DNA of 64,000 nucleotides from an uncultured Candidatus Rokubacteria bacterium (GCA_963805625.1 CAWDVE010000010.1:160001-224000), one strand, 5' to 3'; shown: positions 48,617 through 59,556, counted from the stretch's first letter. Notes: generated by a model from the letters alone, not told the origin. Translations and numbers: made by a program.

Positions 48617-51600
48617 GTGAACCAGACCGAGCGGACACCGGCCGAGGGGCCATCCCCCTCGGGGCGCGGCAACATCAGCCGCTGGTCGATCGAGCACCCG
48701 TACGTCGTCATTGCCTTCTACCTGGGCGTGGCGCTGCTCGCCGTCCTCGTCATCTTCTTCCAGATGCCGCGACGCATGATGCCCTACGTCGAGAGCCCCC
48801 TCGTGGGTGTCGTCTCGATGATGCCCGGGCTGTCCGCGGAGGAGATGGAGCTCTACTTCTCGAAGCCGATCGAGGAGCGGATGGTGGACCTGAAGAACGT
48901 CCACTTCGTCCGGTCAACCTCGCAGGAGGGCTTCTCGATCGTGACGGTGGAGTTCTGGTACGGCACCGACATGAAGAAGGCGCTGTTCGACATCCAGGCG
49001 CTGATGAACGTCGTGCAGGCGGACCTGCCCATGACCGGGGCGAACCTCAAGCCGTCTTGGGTGCTGGCGATCGACCCCCTGAACATTCCAGTCTTGACGC
49101 TCGCGGTGACCGCCGAACGGTACGATCCCGTCCAGCTCCGGACGCTCGTCGAGAACGAGGTGGTCAATCGGCTGAAGGTGGTCAAGGACGTTTACTCGGT
49201 GGTGACGTTCGGGGGACAGAAGCTTCAGATGCAAGTGGTGGTCGACCGGGAGCGCCTAGCCGCGTACAAAATGAGCCTCCTCGACCTGAAGAGCATGCTG
49301 GACATGCAGAACGTCTCCAAGCCAGCGGGGACGCTGACCTACCGGGACCGCGAGATCCTCGTGCGGAGCGACTTCCGGGCCCGGACTCCGGAGGAGGTGG
49401 CCGCCTACCCCATCGCCAGCATGGAGGGCCGTACCGTCTACCTCCGGGACGTGGCCGACGTGATCCGGACGCCACGGGAACAGCGGAGCCTCTATCGCTT
49501 CAACGGCCAGGAGGCGATCGAGGTCTCGGTCATCCAGCAGCCGGAGGCGAGCTCGGTGCGAGTGATCGAGGGGGTCAAGGCCAAGCTGAAGGAGATCGAG
49601 GAGGATTTCCCGGGGCTCCGGTTCGAGATCGCCTACGACAACTCGACGTTCGTCGGCTCCCTCATGACCAACATGGGCGAGGAGCTCGTGATCGCGGTCC
49701 TGCTCACCGGGCTGGTCGTGCTCTTCTTCCTCGGGAGCATCCGAGGCACCCTCATCTCGCTCATCACGATCCCGGTTTCGCTCGGGATGGCGCTCCTCGC
49801 CATGTCGCCCTTCGGGATGACGCTGAACAGCTCCACGCTGATCGGTCTGCTGCTTTCGATCGGCCGGCTGGTCGACGATTCCATCATCGACATCCACTCG
49901 ATCGAGCGTCATCTGCGGATGGGCAAGTCGCCGAAGCAGGCCGCGATCGACGGGATCACGGAGGTGCGCCTCGCCGTGCTCGCGATCACGTTCATGCTCT
50001 GCGTGGCGCTCGTCCCCCTGGCATTCGCGGGGGGGATCGTCCAGTTCATGTTCGAGGGGATCGTGTGGGCAATCATCCTCGCGCTGCTCGCGTCCGCGCT
50101 AGTCTCCTTCACGCTCACGGCGTTGCTGGCCGCGCACCTCTTCACGCCTCACACCACCGAGGCCGGCGCACGTCAGGGCCGGTTCCAGCGGTGGCTCCTG
50201 GACCCCTCGCAACGATTCCTCGAGCGGCTGGAAGCTCACTACCGCAACAGCCTGGTCTGGTCCATCCGGAATCGATTCGTGGTCCTGAGCGGAGCGATCT
50301 CGGTGATCCTGGTTGGCGTCGCCCTGTACCCGGGGATCGGCAGCGAGATGATGCCGCTCGCCGACGTGTCACAGGCCTTCGTCCAGCTCGAGGCGACGCC
50401 GGGCACCTCCTTCGCCCGCACGGCCGAGATCGCCGCCGAGGTGGAGCGGATCCTCCAGCGCCAGCCGGAAGTCACGAAGATCTCCTCGGAGGTCGGGTTC
50501 GAGCCGGGGGGGACGTACTTCACCGGCTACAGCATGGGCTCGGTGAACTCGGTCTTCATGATGCTCACGCTCGTGGACTCCTCGAAGCGGACGCGGGACA
50601 TCTGGCAGGTCATGGACGGAGTCCGCGATGAGGCCATGCGAACAATCCCTGGGATCCGACGGCTCACCGTCAAGGAAATGGGAGCGGACGTGATGGCCTC
50701 AAGCGCCGCCCCTGTCCAGGTGATCTTCTTCGGCCCGGATCTCGAGAAGCTTCACGAGATCGGAGAGCAGGCGCGGCAGCTCGCCGCGGAGATTCCGGGG
50801 TTCTCTCAGGTTGCGACGTCCTGGGCCCAGACCCTCCCCCAGCTCCACGTGATCGTGGATCGGGTTCGCGCGCAGGAGCTCGGGCTCACGGTCGCCGACA
50901 TCACCGACCAGGCCTACTACGCGCTCAGGGGGGGCCTCGCGAACGAGTTCTACCGATTGGACAACCAGCGGCAGTTCACGATTCTCCTTCGCTACCGCGG
51001 GGAGCAGCGGCGCGACCGGACCGATCTCGAGCAGGTCAAGATCGTCGGCAAGCGGGGCGAGGTCGTGCCACTCGCGTCAGTGGCCCGGATCGAGGAGCGA
51101 GAAGGTCCGACGCTGATCGAGCGCGACAACTTCCGCCGGGTCATCTCCGTGCTCGGCTTCTACCGGAAGGGGGGGCCGCCGAGCATGGAGCTCGCGATGG
51201 ACCTCCTGATGGCCGCGCACCAGAAGATCAGCTTCCCCCCGGGCTACGGGGTGGAGTTACGGGGCGACATGACACAGATGGAGGAGTCGTTCCAGCGGCT
51301 CCTCCGGGGCCTCTACCTGGCGGTCATCTTCATGGTCCTGCTCCTGGTGGCACAGTTCCGGAGTCTGATCGAGCCGTTCAACATGATCGTATCGCTCTCC
51401 CTGATGCTCACCGGGATCCTGGGCGGGCTGCTCCTGGCCCGGCAGACGTTCTCGACCGTTTCGATCCTGGCCGTCGTGATCCTGACGGGGATGATGATGA
51501 CCGTCGCCGTGTTGATGATCGACCTGGTGCTGCGGCTGCGCGGGGACGGGATGGCGCGGGACGAAGCCATCCTGACGGCCGCACCCATCCGCCTGCGACC

Positions 51601-51838
51601 GATCCTTATGACGTCCCTCATCAGCATCGTCGTGCTGATCCCGGTGGCCTTCTTCCCGCGGACCGGCATCGACGCGTACGCGCCACTGGCCACCGTCACG
51701 ATCGGCGGGCTGTCGATAGGCACGGTACTGGCTCTCTTCGTGGTGCCGGTCCTGCACACGTACGCCGATGACCTCGCGTCCGCGATGCGTCGTGTTCTGG
51801 GGCAGCGACGTGGCCGACGGGAGGTCTCGCACCGATGA
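48617..51838 (+). CDS. RND efflux permease
   Basis: 1073 aa, GRLVDDSII, RLRPILMTS, PLATVTIGGL. Confidence 0.93.
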   Translation: MNQTERTPAEGPSPSGRGNISRWSIEHPYVVIAFYLGVALLAVLVIFFQMPRRMMPYVESPLVGVVSMMPGLSAEEMELYFSKPIEERMVDLKNVHFVRSTSQEGFSIVTVEFWYGTDMKKALFDIQALMNVVQADLPMTGANLKPSWVLAIDPLNIPVLTLAVTAERYDPVQLRTLVENEVVNRLKVVKDVYSVVTFGGQKLQMQVVVDRERLAAYKMSLLDLKSMLDMQNVSKPAGTLTYRDREILVRSDFRARTPEEVAAYPIASMEGRTVYLRDVADVIRTPREQRSLYRFNGQEAIEVSVIQQPEASSVRVIEGVKAKLKEIEEDFPGLRFEIAYDNSTFVGSLMTNMGEELVIAVLLTGLVVLFFLGSIRGTLISLITIPVSLGMALLAMSPFGMTLNSSTLIGLLLSIGRLVDDSIIDIHSIERHLRMGKSPKQAAIDGITEVRLAVLAITFMLCVALVPLAFAGGIVQFMFEGIVWAIILALLASALVSFTLTALLAAHLFTPHTTEAGARQGRFQRWLLDPSQRFLERLEAHYRNSLVWSIRNRFVVLSGAISVILVGVALYPGIGSEMMPLADVSQAFVQLEATPGTSFARTAEIAAEVERILQRQPEVTKISSEVGFEPGGTYFTGYSMGSVNSVFMMLTLVDSSKRTRDIWQVMDGVRDEAMRTIPGIRRLTVKEMGADVMASSAAPVQVIFFGPDLEKLHEIGEQARQLAAEIPGFSQVATSWAQTLPQLHVIVDRVRAQELGLTVADITDQAYYALRGGLANEFYRLDNQRQFTILLRYRGEQRRDRTDLEQVKIVGKRGEVVPLASVARIEEREGPTLIERDNFRRVISVLGFYRKGGPPSMELAMDLLMAAHQKISFPPGYGVELRGDMTQMEESFQRLLRGLYLAVIFMVLLLVAQFRSLIEPFNMIVSLSLMLTGILGGLLLARQTFSTVSILAVVILTGMMMTVAVLMIDLVLRLRGDGMARDEAILTAAPIRLRPILMTSLISIVVLIPVAFFPRTGIDAYAPLATVTIGGLSIGTVLALFVVPVLHTYADDLASAMRRVLGQRRGRREVSHR

Positions 51839-52101
51839 CGCCCCGGAGTCGCTACCTGATCCCGGCAGACGCGGTGATCCACGCCGAGCCGGCCGGTGTC
51901 GCTCAGTTCATGAGGCGGACGCCAGCGAGGTCGGGCCCGAGCCTCGAGGAGCTCGATTGGCTCTCGGCAACGCTGCGGGAGTTGAGCACCACATTGAGGG
52001 AGCCCCGCCGCCGTCACGACGAGGCCGCCTGGGGGAATCTCACGGCGGGGCAGCGACAAACAGAGACCCCTGGGGAGAAACGCGATGGAGGGTGCTCATG
52101 A
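51835..52101 (+). CDS. Hypothetical 88-aa protein
   Basis: ATGA overlaps with both neighbours. Confidence 0.55.
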   Translation: MTPRSRYLIPADAVIHAEPAGVAQFMRRTPARSGPSLEELDWLSATLRELSTTLREPRRRHDEAAWGNLTAGQRQTETPGEKRDGGCS

Positions 52102-53741
52102 CTATCAACGGCAGTGAACAAGCACCGATCGCGCCCGCGCGCCCGCCTGAGCCCGCCGATGACCGAGCGGTGCGCCGGGAGGGCGCGCGGGCGCGGACGT
52201 GGGGACTCCGTATGGGGGCACTCGTGGCGGTAGGGGCTGCGGCCGGATGGGCGTACTACGCGAATGTCGTGGCCGGTCGGCCGACGATGGACATGACGAT
52301 GCGGGTGAGTGCGGGGGGTGCGGCATTTCCCGTTACGCTCGCGCGCGTCGAGCGGCGCCGGATGACCGGAACCGTGATCTACACCGGTAGCGTGGTGCCG
52401 TTCGCCGAGGAGGACATCTACCCGCGGGTGACCGGACGGATCGTCGAGATGCCGGTCTACCCAGGAGACGCCGTGCGGCCGGGCCAGGTCGTGGCGCGGC
52501 TCGACGACGCGGAGCTCAGCTCTCGGGTCCGCGAGGCAACCGCCGCCACGACGGCCGCGGAGGCCAACGTCGCACAGATGGAGGCCGACGTCGTCGCGGC
52601 GAGCCACGGCGTGACGCAGATGGAGCGCGAGGTGGCCATGACGGTCGCCGACGTGGCCGCGGCCCGCGAAGGCGTGGTTCAGATGGAGCGGGAGCTCGCC
52701 ATGGTAGAGGCGGAGGCCAGCTACCAGGAGCCGTTGCTCGCGCGGGAGGAGCAGCTATTCCGGGTCGGCGCCGTCTCGCGGCAGGACGTCGAGAACGCCC
52801 GTGCGATGGCCGCCGCGACGCAGGCGAAGGGGCAGGCCGCCCGCGCCAAGGTGAACCAGGCCCGGGCCATGGTTCTCTCGGCCCAGGCGAAGGCCGAGGC
52901 CGCTCGGGCGCGACTCGAGCAGGCAGGCGCGATGGAGGCCAGCGCTCGCCGGAAGCGCGATGCGATGGCCGCGATGGCAGGGCAGAGCCAGGCCCAGCTC
53001 GGGACCGCGCAGGTGGTCAGGGACTACGTCAACATCCTGGCGCCCAGCGCTGGCTACGTCGTGAAGCGACTAGTCGCGCCGGGAGTCCTGGTGCAGCCCG
53101 GCATGGCGATCCTCAAGATCGCGCAGATCGACCGGATCCGACTCCAGGCGAACGTCGGCGAGAAGGATCTGCCGTCGATCCGGGTGGGATCACCGGTCAC
53201 CGTGACCACGACGGGTCCCGAGCCGGTGCCGATCACCGCTTCGGTGACCTCGGTCTTCCCCTTTGTCGACCAGGGTCCGCGGACCGCCGTCGTGGAAGCG
53301 ATCGTCGAGAACCCGGGGCGGCGGCTCCTGCCCGGGCAGTACGTGACGATGCAGTTCGTGACCGGCGAGCGAGTCGACGCGCTCACCGTCCCCCGGACGG
53401 CCGTGGCGCGTATGGGCGGGAAGACTCGCGTGTGGGCGATCGAGGGCGACCAGGCGCAGCCGCGCGAGGTAACGACGGGGCTCGAGAACCCCGATCTCGT
53501 GGAGGTGGTGAGGGGCCTCGTCGGAACCGACCGGGTGGTCGCGCGAGGCCACGAGGGGCTCTATGCCGGTGCGCGGGTGACCGACGTGTCGGGCGTCAAG
53601 AAGACAGTGCCTACGGCGCCGGCCGCACCGGGCGGCATGCCGGGCATGAGCGAGTCGGCCGCGCCCAAGCCCAGTGGTGGCGCGCCGGCGAAACCCGAGG
53701 AGCCCGCCAAGGGCGAGGGAGGCGCGCATGGCACCCACTGA
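52098..53741 (+). CDS. RND periplasmic adaptor (MFP) with long helical hairpin
   Basis: PRVTGRI..V.PGD.V, ILAPSAGYV, LLPGQYV, TGLE. Confidence 0.9.
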   Translation: MTINGSEQAPIAPARPPEPADDRAVRREGARARTWGLRMGALVAVGAAAGWAYYANVVAGRPTMDMTMRVSAGGAAFPVTLARVERRRMTGTVIYTGSVVPFAEEDIYPRVTGRIVEMPVYPGDAVRPGQVVARLDDAELSSRVREATAATTAAEANVAQMEADVVAASHGVTQMEREVAMTVADVAAAREGVVQMERELAMVEAEASYQEPLLAREEQLFRVGAVSRQDVENARAMAAATQAKGQAARAKVNQARAMVLSAQAKAEAARARLEQAGAMEASARRKRDAMAAMAGQSQAQLGTAQVVRDYVNILAPSAGYVVKRLVAPGVLVQPGMAILKIAQIDRIRLQANVGEKDLPSIRVGSPVTVTTTGPEPVPITASVTSVFPFVDQGPRTAVVEAIVENPGRRLLPGQYVTMQFVTGERVDALTVPRTAVARMGGKTRVWAIEGDQAQPREVTTGLENPDLVEVVRGLVGTDRVVARGHEGLYAGARVTDVSGVKKTVPTAPAAPGGMPGMSESAAPKPSGGAPAKPEEPAKGEGGAHGTH

Positions 53742-55095
53742 GACGGAACGGGTCCGACGATCGGTGTGGGTGGGGGTCCTGGTCGGAGGCGGCTTCCTGC
53801 TGGCGGCGGGGAATGTCATGGCCCAGCCGCCGCCGCTCCCGCGTGTCGAGGGGCCGTTGACCATGGAGCAGGCGGTGAACCTAGCGCTCCAGCAGAACCT
53901 TCGGGTGAAGGCGGCGGATGCCGACGCTCGGACGATGGATTCGATGCAGCGGGAGGCCCTGGCGCCGTTCTGGCCTCTGCTGTCGATCAATGGCTATCTG
54001 AGCGACCAGAACCTGGGACCGAACGTCTACACGTCCGCCGGCACCACGATGGCCCGGAACTTCCAGGTGTTCAGCGCCGACCAGAGCCGCGACGCCAACG
54101 TGACGGCGATGTACGCCCTCTTCTCGGGCGGGCGGGACTACTATGGCTACAAGGCGGCCGCGGCACGGGTGGATGCGGGTCGCCAGATGCTCCAAGGCAC
54201 CCGAGTGGACGCCGCCATGCAGGTACGGCTGGACTACATCGCGACCCTGCGGGAGACGGAGAATACCCGAGTCACCGGAGAGTTGCGGCGGGACGTGGAG
54301 GAGCGGCTCCGGCTCAGTCGGGAGCTCTTCGACGCGGGGCGGATCCCACGCTACTACGTGTTGCGCGATGAGGCCGAGCTCGCCAATGTCGCACAGATGG
54401 ACGCGATGGCGCGAAGCCGTGCCGAGGCCGCGCTCGTGGCGCTCAAGACCACTCTCGGGGTGGACCTCGCGTCCTCGATCACGCTCGCGGACCGGCTCGA
54501 GTACACGCCGGCCACCGTCTCGGTCGAGGACGGGATCCGCCAGGCCAGCGAGATCCACCCCGAGCTGAAGGCCGCCGTCAAGCGGCGGGAGGCGACCGAA
54601 GCGGACGTGCGCGCCGCCCACGGGAACTACTTCCCCCAGGTGTCGCTGGTGGCCATGTACGACTGGGCGTGGGCAAAGAACGGCAGCGAGGCGCACACAA
54701 CCGACCAGGGGTACTCCGTCGGCGTCGTGGTGACCCTGCCGGTGTTCGACGGCTTCATGCGCGAGAACGCGCTGAAGACGGCCAAGTCGAAGCTCGACCG
54801 GGCGGTCCAGGCGGAGACCATCGCCCGGCAGCAGATCGAGAAGGACGTCAACCAGGTGGCGCTCATGCTGACGGCCGCCGACAAGAGCGTCGAGGCCAGC
54901 CGGAAGGGGCTCGAGCAGGCGGAGGAGGAGTACCGGATCGTCCGGGAGCGCTTCGCGGCGGGCCGGGGGATCCAGCTGGAGATCCTGGACGCGCAGGTCA
55001 GTTTGACCCGCGCGCGGTTCAATGCGATCTCGGCGCTCGCCGAATACCATACGGCTCTCTCCATGTGGCTCAAGGCGACGGCGCGGATTCGGTGA
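53728..55095 (+). CDS. TolC family outer membrane efflux protein
   Basis: LTMEQAV..AL..N, YFPQVSL, LPVFDG, RFAAG..LEILDAQ. Confidence 0.9.
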   Translation: MAPTETERVRRSVWVGVLVGGGFLLAAGNVMAQPPPLPRVEGPLTMEQAVNLALQQNLRVKAADADARTMDSMQREALAPFWPLLSINGYLSDQNLGPNVYTSAGTTMARNFQVFSADQSRDANVTAMYALFSGGRDYYGYKAAAARVDAGRQMLQGTRVDAAMQVRLDYIATLRETENTRVTGELRRDVEERLRLSRELFDAGRIPRYYVLRDEAELANVAQMDAMARSRAEAALVALKTTLGVDLASSITLADRLEYTPATVSVEDGIRQASEIHPELKAAVKRREATEADVRAAHGNYFPQVSLVAMYDWAWAKNGSEAHTTDQGYSVGVVVTLPVFDGFMRENALKTAKSKLDRAVQAETIARQQIEKDVNQVALMLTAADKSVEASRKGLEQAEEEYRIVRERFAAGRGIQLEILDAQVSLTRARFNAISALAEYHTALSMWLKATARIR

Positions 55096-55147
55096 CCGGG
55101 ACGGCTGACGACCGACGAGGCTCCCCGGAGCTCTTCTCGCGACGCGA

Positions 55148-55405
55148 ATGTCCCCGCTCGGTCTGAAAGGCACGACGTGGTCGTGGGAGTTCTTCGGAAC
55201 GATGACCTTCGTGGCGTGTGTCGTATATTCTGGTGGTCCCGCGGGCTTCCCCCCGAGCCAGCTTCTCGAGCAGATCCTCCCCGGCTTTCGCTGGTTGACT
55301 CCGGGGAGCATCCTGCTCGGCGTCGCGGAGACCTTCGTATATGGGGCCTACGCGGGATTCGTGTTCACGCTGATTCACAACACCGTGCTCCGCCGCAGCC
55401 AATGA
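55148..55405 (+). CDS. DUF5676-like small membrane protein, copy 2 (possibly degenerate)
   Basis: 3' half nearly identical to 46709 copy; short internally frameshifted stretch. Confidence 0.6.
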   Translation: MSPLGLKGTTWSWEFFGTMTFVACVVYSGGPAGFPPSQLLEQILPGFRWLTPGSILLGVAETFVYGAYAGFVFTLIHNTVLRRSQ

Positions 55406-55800
55406 CGGGTCGACGGAAGGTCTTCGTCGCCGCCGGGCTCGGGGCGCTGGTCGCGGGTCTGGGGGTCTGGGCGGCATACCGCGAAGGACCGGCGTCGACG
55501 GTGCGGGTGCCCGAGCTCTCACCCGCCGGCCAGGCAGGACGGGCGGCGTTTCAGCGAAGCTGCGCGTCCTGCCATGGCGACGTGGCCCAAGGCACGACGA
55601 CCGGTCCACCCCTCGTCCACGCGATCTATCGCCCGGGACATCACGCGGACGTGGCCTTCGAGCTGGCCGTGCGCCGAGGGGTGCGGGCGCACCACTGGCT
55701 CTTCGGGGACATGCCGCCACAGCCGACGATCACACCGGACGCGATCCCCATGATCACGCGCTACGTCCGGGAACTCCAACAGGCCAACGGGATCGATTAA
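55402..55800 (+). CDS. Monoheme cytochrome c with His pairs
   Basis: TM anchor, CASCHG, GPPLVH, GHHAD, AHHWLFGDMP. Confidence 0.9.
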   Translation: MTGRRKVFVAAGLGALVAGLGVWAAYREGPASTVRVPELSPAGQAGRAAFQRSCASCHGDVAQGTTTGPPLVHAIYRPGHHADVAFELAVRRGVRAHHWLFGDMPPQPTITPDAIPMITRYVRELQQANGID

Positions 55801-55824
55801 CGCCGATTCGATGAGGTCAGGGCC

Positions 55825-56418
55825 ATGCGATTGACCATCGGGGTGATGGGCTCGAGCGGCGGAGACTTGAGCGAGGCGACCCTCGCCAAGGCGCATCGCC
55901 TGGGGGAGGCGATCGCGGCGCGCGACGCGGTCCTCATCACGGGAGGCTGCCCCGGGCTCCCGTACGAGGCCGTTCGGGGGGCGAAGGCCAGGGGCGGTCT
56001 GGTGGTCGGGATCTCCCCCGGCCTCTCCCTCGACGAGCACCGGCGGAAGTACCACTCGCCGGTCGACGGTTTCGACGTGCTCATCTACACGGGCAGCGGG
56101 CTCATGGGCCCGGAGATCACGAACATCCGCTCGTGCGACATGGTTGTGATCGCGGGGGGCCGGACTGGCACGCTGGGGGAACTCGCGATCGCCTACGACG
56201 AGGGCCGGCTGATCGGCGTGCTGACGGGGACGGGCGGCATCACGGAGCTGGTGGAACCCATCATCAAGGCCAGTGGAAAAGAGACCGGGGCGTGCGTGCT
56301 CTACGACGACGATCCAGAGCGGCTCGTCGATCGGCTGATCCACTACTACCGCACTAAGCACGTCCGGAAGCCCTCGTGCTTCTGCGACGTGCGGCCAGAC
56401 GGGGCGGTGGCACCATGA
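55825..56418 (+). CDS. LOG/SLOG family nucleotide-binding protein
   Basis: [23 protein letters not shown]. Confidence 0.85.
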   Translation: MRLTIGVMGSSGGDLSEATLAKAHRLGEAIAARDAVLITGGCPGLPYEAVRGAKARGGLVVGISPGLSLDEHRRKYHSPVDGFDVLIYTGSGLMGPEITNIRSCDMVVIAGGRTGTLGELAIAYDEGRLIGVLTGTGGITELVEPIIKASGKETGACVLYDDDPERLVDRLIHYYRTKHVRKPSCFCDVRPDGAVAP

Positions 56419-58943
56419 CGGCGATCGGCCATGTCGGGCATGCCCCCTCGGCCACCACGGGGGTGGGCGGTGCCTCTGCCCCTGTCCAGCGCATCGAACT
56501 CCCCGTCGTCGGCCTGACCTGCGCGGCCTGCGTTCAGGCTGTCGAGCACGCGCTCCGGGCGGTGCCGGGCGTCTCCGGTGCGACGGTCAATCTGACCCAA
56601 GGGCGAGCCTTCGTCGAGTACGACCCCGCGCAGACCACCGTGGCCGCCCTGCATGACGCGATCAAGGCGGCGGGCTACCGGTCAGAGACGGCGACGGCCC
56701 GGTTCCGGATCGACGGGATCACCTGCGCCTCCTGCGTCACGAAGATCGAGACCACGCTCCACGAGAGTCCGGGGGTGCTCGCGGCCACCGTGAGCGTGGG
56801 CAGCGAGGAGGCCACGGTCAAGTACGTGCCGAGCGTGACCGACTTGTCCGCCGTCACGGCCGCGGTGGGGTCGGCCGGCTATCGGGTCGTCGAGACTCCG
56901 GCCCCGGCGGCCCCCAGCGCCCTCGATCGGGAGGCGGAGGCCCGGGCGCGCGAGTACCGGACGTTGATGCGCCAGTGGTGGTTCGGCGCGGGCGTCGGCA
57001 CGTTCACCATGATCCTCAGCTACCCGTGGCTCTTCCCGGTCCTCCGCGACTGGTTCCCGCGGGAGAGCCATCAGCTCTGGTACATGTGGGCGCTGATGGG
57101 GGCCGCCTCCCTGGCGGTCATCCTCGTCAGTGGCCGCCACTTCTTCACCGGAGCCTGGCAGGCGCTCCGGCACCGGTCGGCGAACATGCACACGCTGATC
57201 GCTCTGGGGACGGGGGTGGCCTGGGTCTACTCGACGATCGCCCTCCTGTTCCCGCAAATCTTCCCGGCCCGCGAGTTCGCCGACGTGTACTACGACGTGA
57301 CCGTCGTGGTGATCGCCCTGGTGGATCTCGGGCTGGCCATGGAGCTCCGCGCGAAAGGCCGCACCTCGGAGGCGATCAAGAAGCTGATCGGGCTCCAGGC
57401 CAAGATCGCGCGCGTCATCCGGGACGGCACGGAGCGGGACCTGCCCGTGGAGGAGGTGCTGGTGGGCGATGTCGTCGTCGTCCGGCCCGGGGAGAAGATC
57501 CCCGTCGACGGCGAGATCGTCGAGGGCGCCTCGGCTGTGGACGAGTCGATGGTCACCGGGGAGTCGATGCCGGTCGAGAAGCGGGCCGGGGACGAGGTCA
57601 TCGGGGGGACCCTCAACAAGACCGGGGCCTTCCGCTTTCGCGCGACCAAGGTGGGCAAGGACACCGCCCTGGCCAGCATCATCCGCCTGGTCCAGGACGC
57701 GCAGGGCTCCAAGGTCCCGATCCAGCGCATCGTGGACGTGGTGTCCGGGTACTTCACGCCGAGCGTCGCGATCCTCGCCATCGTCGGCTTCATGCTCTGG
57801 TACACGTTCGGGCCGGAGCCGCGGCTCGTCTACGCCATGATCGTGGCGGTCACGACCCTGATCATCGCCTGCCCGTGTGCCCTCGGGATGGCGACGCCGA
57901 TGTCGCTGACGACTGGCGTCGGGCTGGGCGCCCTCAACGGGATCCTGATCCGGAGCGGCGATGCGCTCCAGACCGCGCAGGGGATCGGGACCGTCATCCT
58001 GGACAAGACGGGCACCATCACGCACGGGAAGCCCGTTCTCACCGACATCGTGACGGCCGACGGCGTCGACGAGGCCACCCTGTTGCGGCTGGCCGGCGGC
58101 GTCGAGCGATCGTCGGAGCACCCGCTGGCGGCCGCGATCGTGGAGGGCGCCGAGCGACGGGGATTGACCTTGCCCGATCCCACGACCTTTGCGGCGATCC
58201 CCGGTCACGGGATCGAGGCGACGGTGGAGGACCGCGCCCTCCTGCTGGGGAACCTCAAGCTCATGCGTGACCGCGCCATTCCGCTCGACGGCCTCGACGA
58301 GCGCGCCAGCCAGCTCGCCGGCGAGGGGAAGACCGCGATGTACGTGGCGATCGACGGCCGGCTGGCCGGGATCGTCGCGGTGGCCGACACGGTCAAGGAG
58401 GACTCGCGGGCGGCGATCCAGGCGCTCACGGCGATGGGCCTGGAGGTCGTCATGATGACGGGCGACAACGAGCGGACGGGCCAGGCCATCGCCCGTCAGG
58501 TCGGGATCGACCGGGTCCTGGCCGAGGTTCTGCCGCAGGACAAGGCCTTCAACGTCCAAAAGCTCCAGCTCGAGGGGAAGACCGTCGCCATGGTCGGGGA
58601 TGGGATCAACGACGCCCCCGCGCTCGCCCAGGCGCATGTGGGCTTCGCGATCGGGACGGGCACGGACGTGGCCATCGCGGCCTCCGACATCACCCTCATC
58701 AAGGGCAGCCTCCGCGGCGTGGTGACGGCGATCCAGATCAGCCGCGCCACCATGCGGAACGTCTACCAAAACCTCGTCGGGGCGTTCGTCTACAACGTTC
58801 TCGGGCTCCCCGTCGCCTTGGGCCTGCTCTATCCGTTCTTCGGGATCCTGCTCTCGCCACTCCTCGCCGCGCTCGCCATGTCCTTCAGTTCGGTGACCGT
58901 GATCACCAATGCCAACCGGCTCAAGCGTTGGAGCCCGACATGA
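56415..58943 (+). CDS. copA: Cu(I)-translocating P1B-1 ATPase
   Basis: Two HMA domains (TCAAC, TCASC), TGES, CPC, DKTGT, SEHP, GDGIND, YN and MxxSS. Confidence 0.95.
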   Translation: MTAIGHVGHAPSATTGVGGASAPVQRIELPVVGLTCAACVQAVEHALRAVPGVSGATVNLTQGRAFVEYDPAQTTVAALHDAIKAAGYRSETATARFRIDGITCASCVTKIETTLHESPGVLAATVSVGSEEATVKYVPSVTDLSAVTAAVGSAGYRVVETPAPAAPSALDREAEARAREYRTLMRQWWFGAGVGTFTMILSYPWLFPVLRDWFPRESHQLWYMWALMGAASLAVILVSGRHFFTGAWQALRHRSANMHTLIALGTGVAWVYSTIALLFPQIFPAREFADVYYDVTVVVIALVDLGLAMELRAKGRTSEAIKKLIGLQAKIARVIRDGTERDLPVEEVLVGDVVVVRPGEKIPVDGEIVEGASAVDESMVTGESMPVEKRAGDEVIGGTLNKTGAFRFRATKVGKDTALASIIRLVQDAQGSKVPIQRIVDVVSGYFTPSVAILAIVGFMLWYTFGPEPRLVYAMIVAVTTLIIACPCALGMATPMSLTTGVGLGALNGILIRSGDALQTAQGIGTVILDKTGTITHGKPVLTDIVTADGVDEATLLRLAGGVERSSEHPLAAAIVEGAERRGLTLPDPTTFAAIPGHGIEATVEDRALLLGNLKLMRDRAIPLDGLDERASQLAGEGKTAMYVAIDGRLAGIVAVADTVKEDSRAAIQALTAMGLEVVMMTGDNERTGQAIARQVGIDRVLAEVLPQDKAFNVQKLQLEGKTVAMVGDGINDAPALAQAHVGFAIGTGTDVAIAASDITLIKGSLRGVVTAIQISRATMRNVYQNLVGAFVYNVLGLPVALGLLYPFFGILLSPLLAALAMSFSSVTVITNANRLKRWSPT

Positions 58944-59317
58944 CCTGGGACCGCGTCCTGGTCAACCTGATTGGACTCGGACTGGTCGGTGGGATCGTGT
59001 GGTTCTTCTGGCTGGTCAAGACGAAGGGGGTCCGGGCCGCGACGAGCCACAGCGGCTACCAGGAGCAGATGGTCCTGGTCAAGGGCGGGTACACACCGGA
59101 TCTCATCGTGGTGGAGGCGGGGAAACCCGTCCGGCTCACATTCGTCCGGCAAGAATCGGCCTCGTGCACGGAGATGGTGCTGCTCCCGAGCTTCGGCAAG
59201 TCGGCGCGCCTTCCGGAGGGGGAGCCCGTCCCGGTGGAGTTCCTCCCGAAGGAGCCTGGGGAGCATGAGTTCGCCTGCCAGATGGGCATGATCCGCGGCA
59301 AGGTCCTCGTGGAATAG
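58940..59317 (+). CDS. Membrane-anchored cupredoxin (CupA-like)
   Basis: [18 protein letters not shown]; ATGA coupling to copA. Confidence 0.88.
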   Translation: MTWDRVLVNLIGLGLVGGIVWFFWLVKTKGVRAATSHSGYQEQMVLVKGGYTPDLIVVEAGKPVRLTFVRQESASCTEMVLLPSFGKSARLPEGEPVPVEFLPKEPGEHEFACQMGMIRGKVLVE

Positions 59318-59327
59318 GAGGGACGAC

Positions 59328-59543
59328 GTGGTCGGCCGCTGGCGGTCCGGCCCAAGGCGAGAGTCCACACTCGAGCTCGGGATCGGAATCGGCGTGTGCG
59401 TGGTGCCGTCGGTCTTTGCCCTGGTTGCCTGGTGGGTCGGATGGCGCGCGGGCATCACGGTGGCTCTGGCCGTCGCGGCGGCGATCGCCCTCGTGTGCTG
59501 GATCCTCTGCCGAGGGGGAAGCGACGGTAGGGACGCAGCCTGA
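59328..59543 (+). CDS. Small two-TM hypothetical protein
   Basis: SD GGAGG, two hydrophobic segments. Confidence 0.55.
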   Translation: MVGRWRSGPRRESTLELGIGIGVCVVPSVFALVAWWVGWRAGITVALAVAAAIALVCWILCRGGSDGRDAA

Positions 59544-59556
59544 GGAGGGTCAGACA

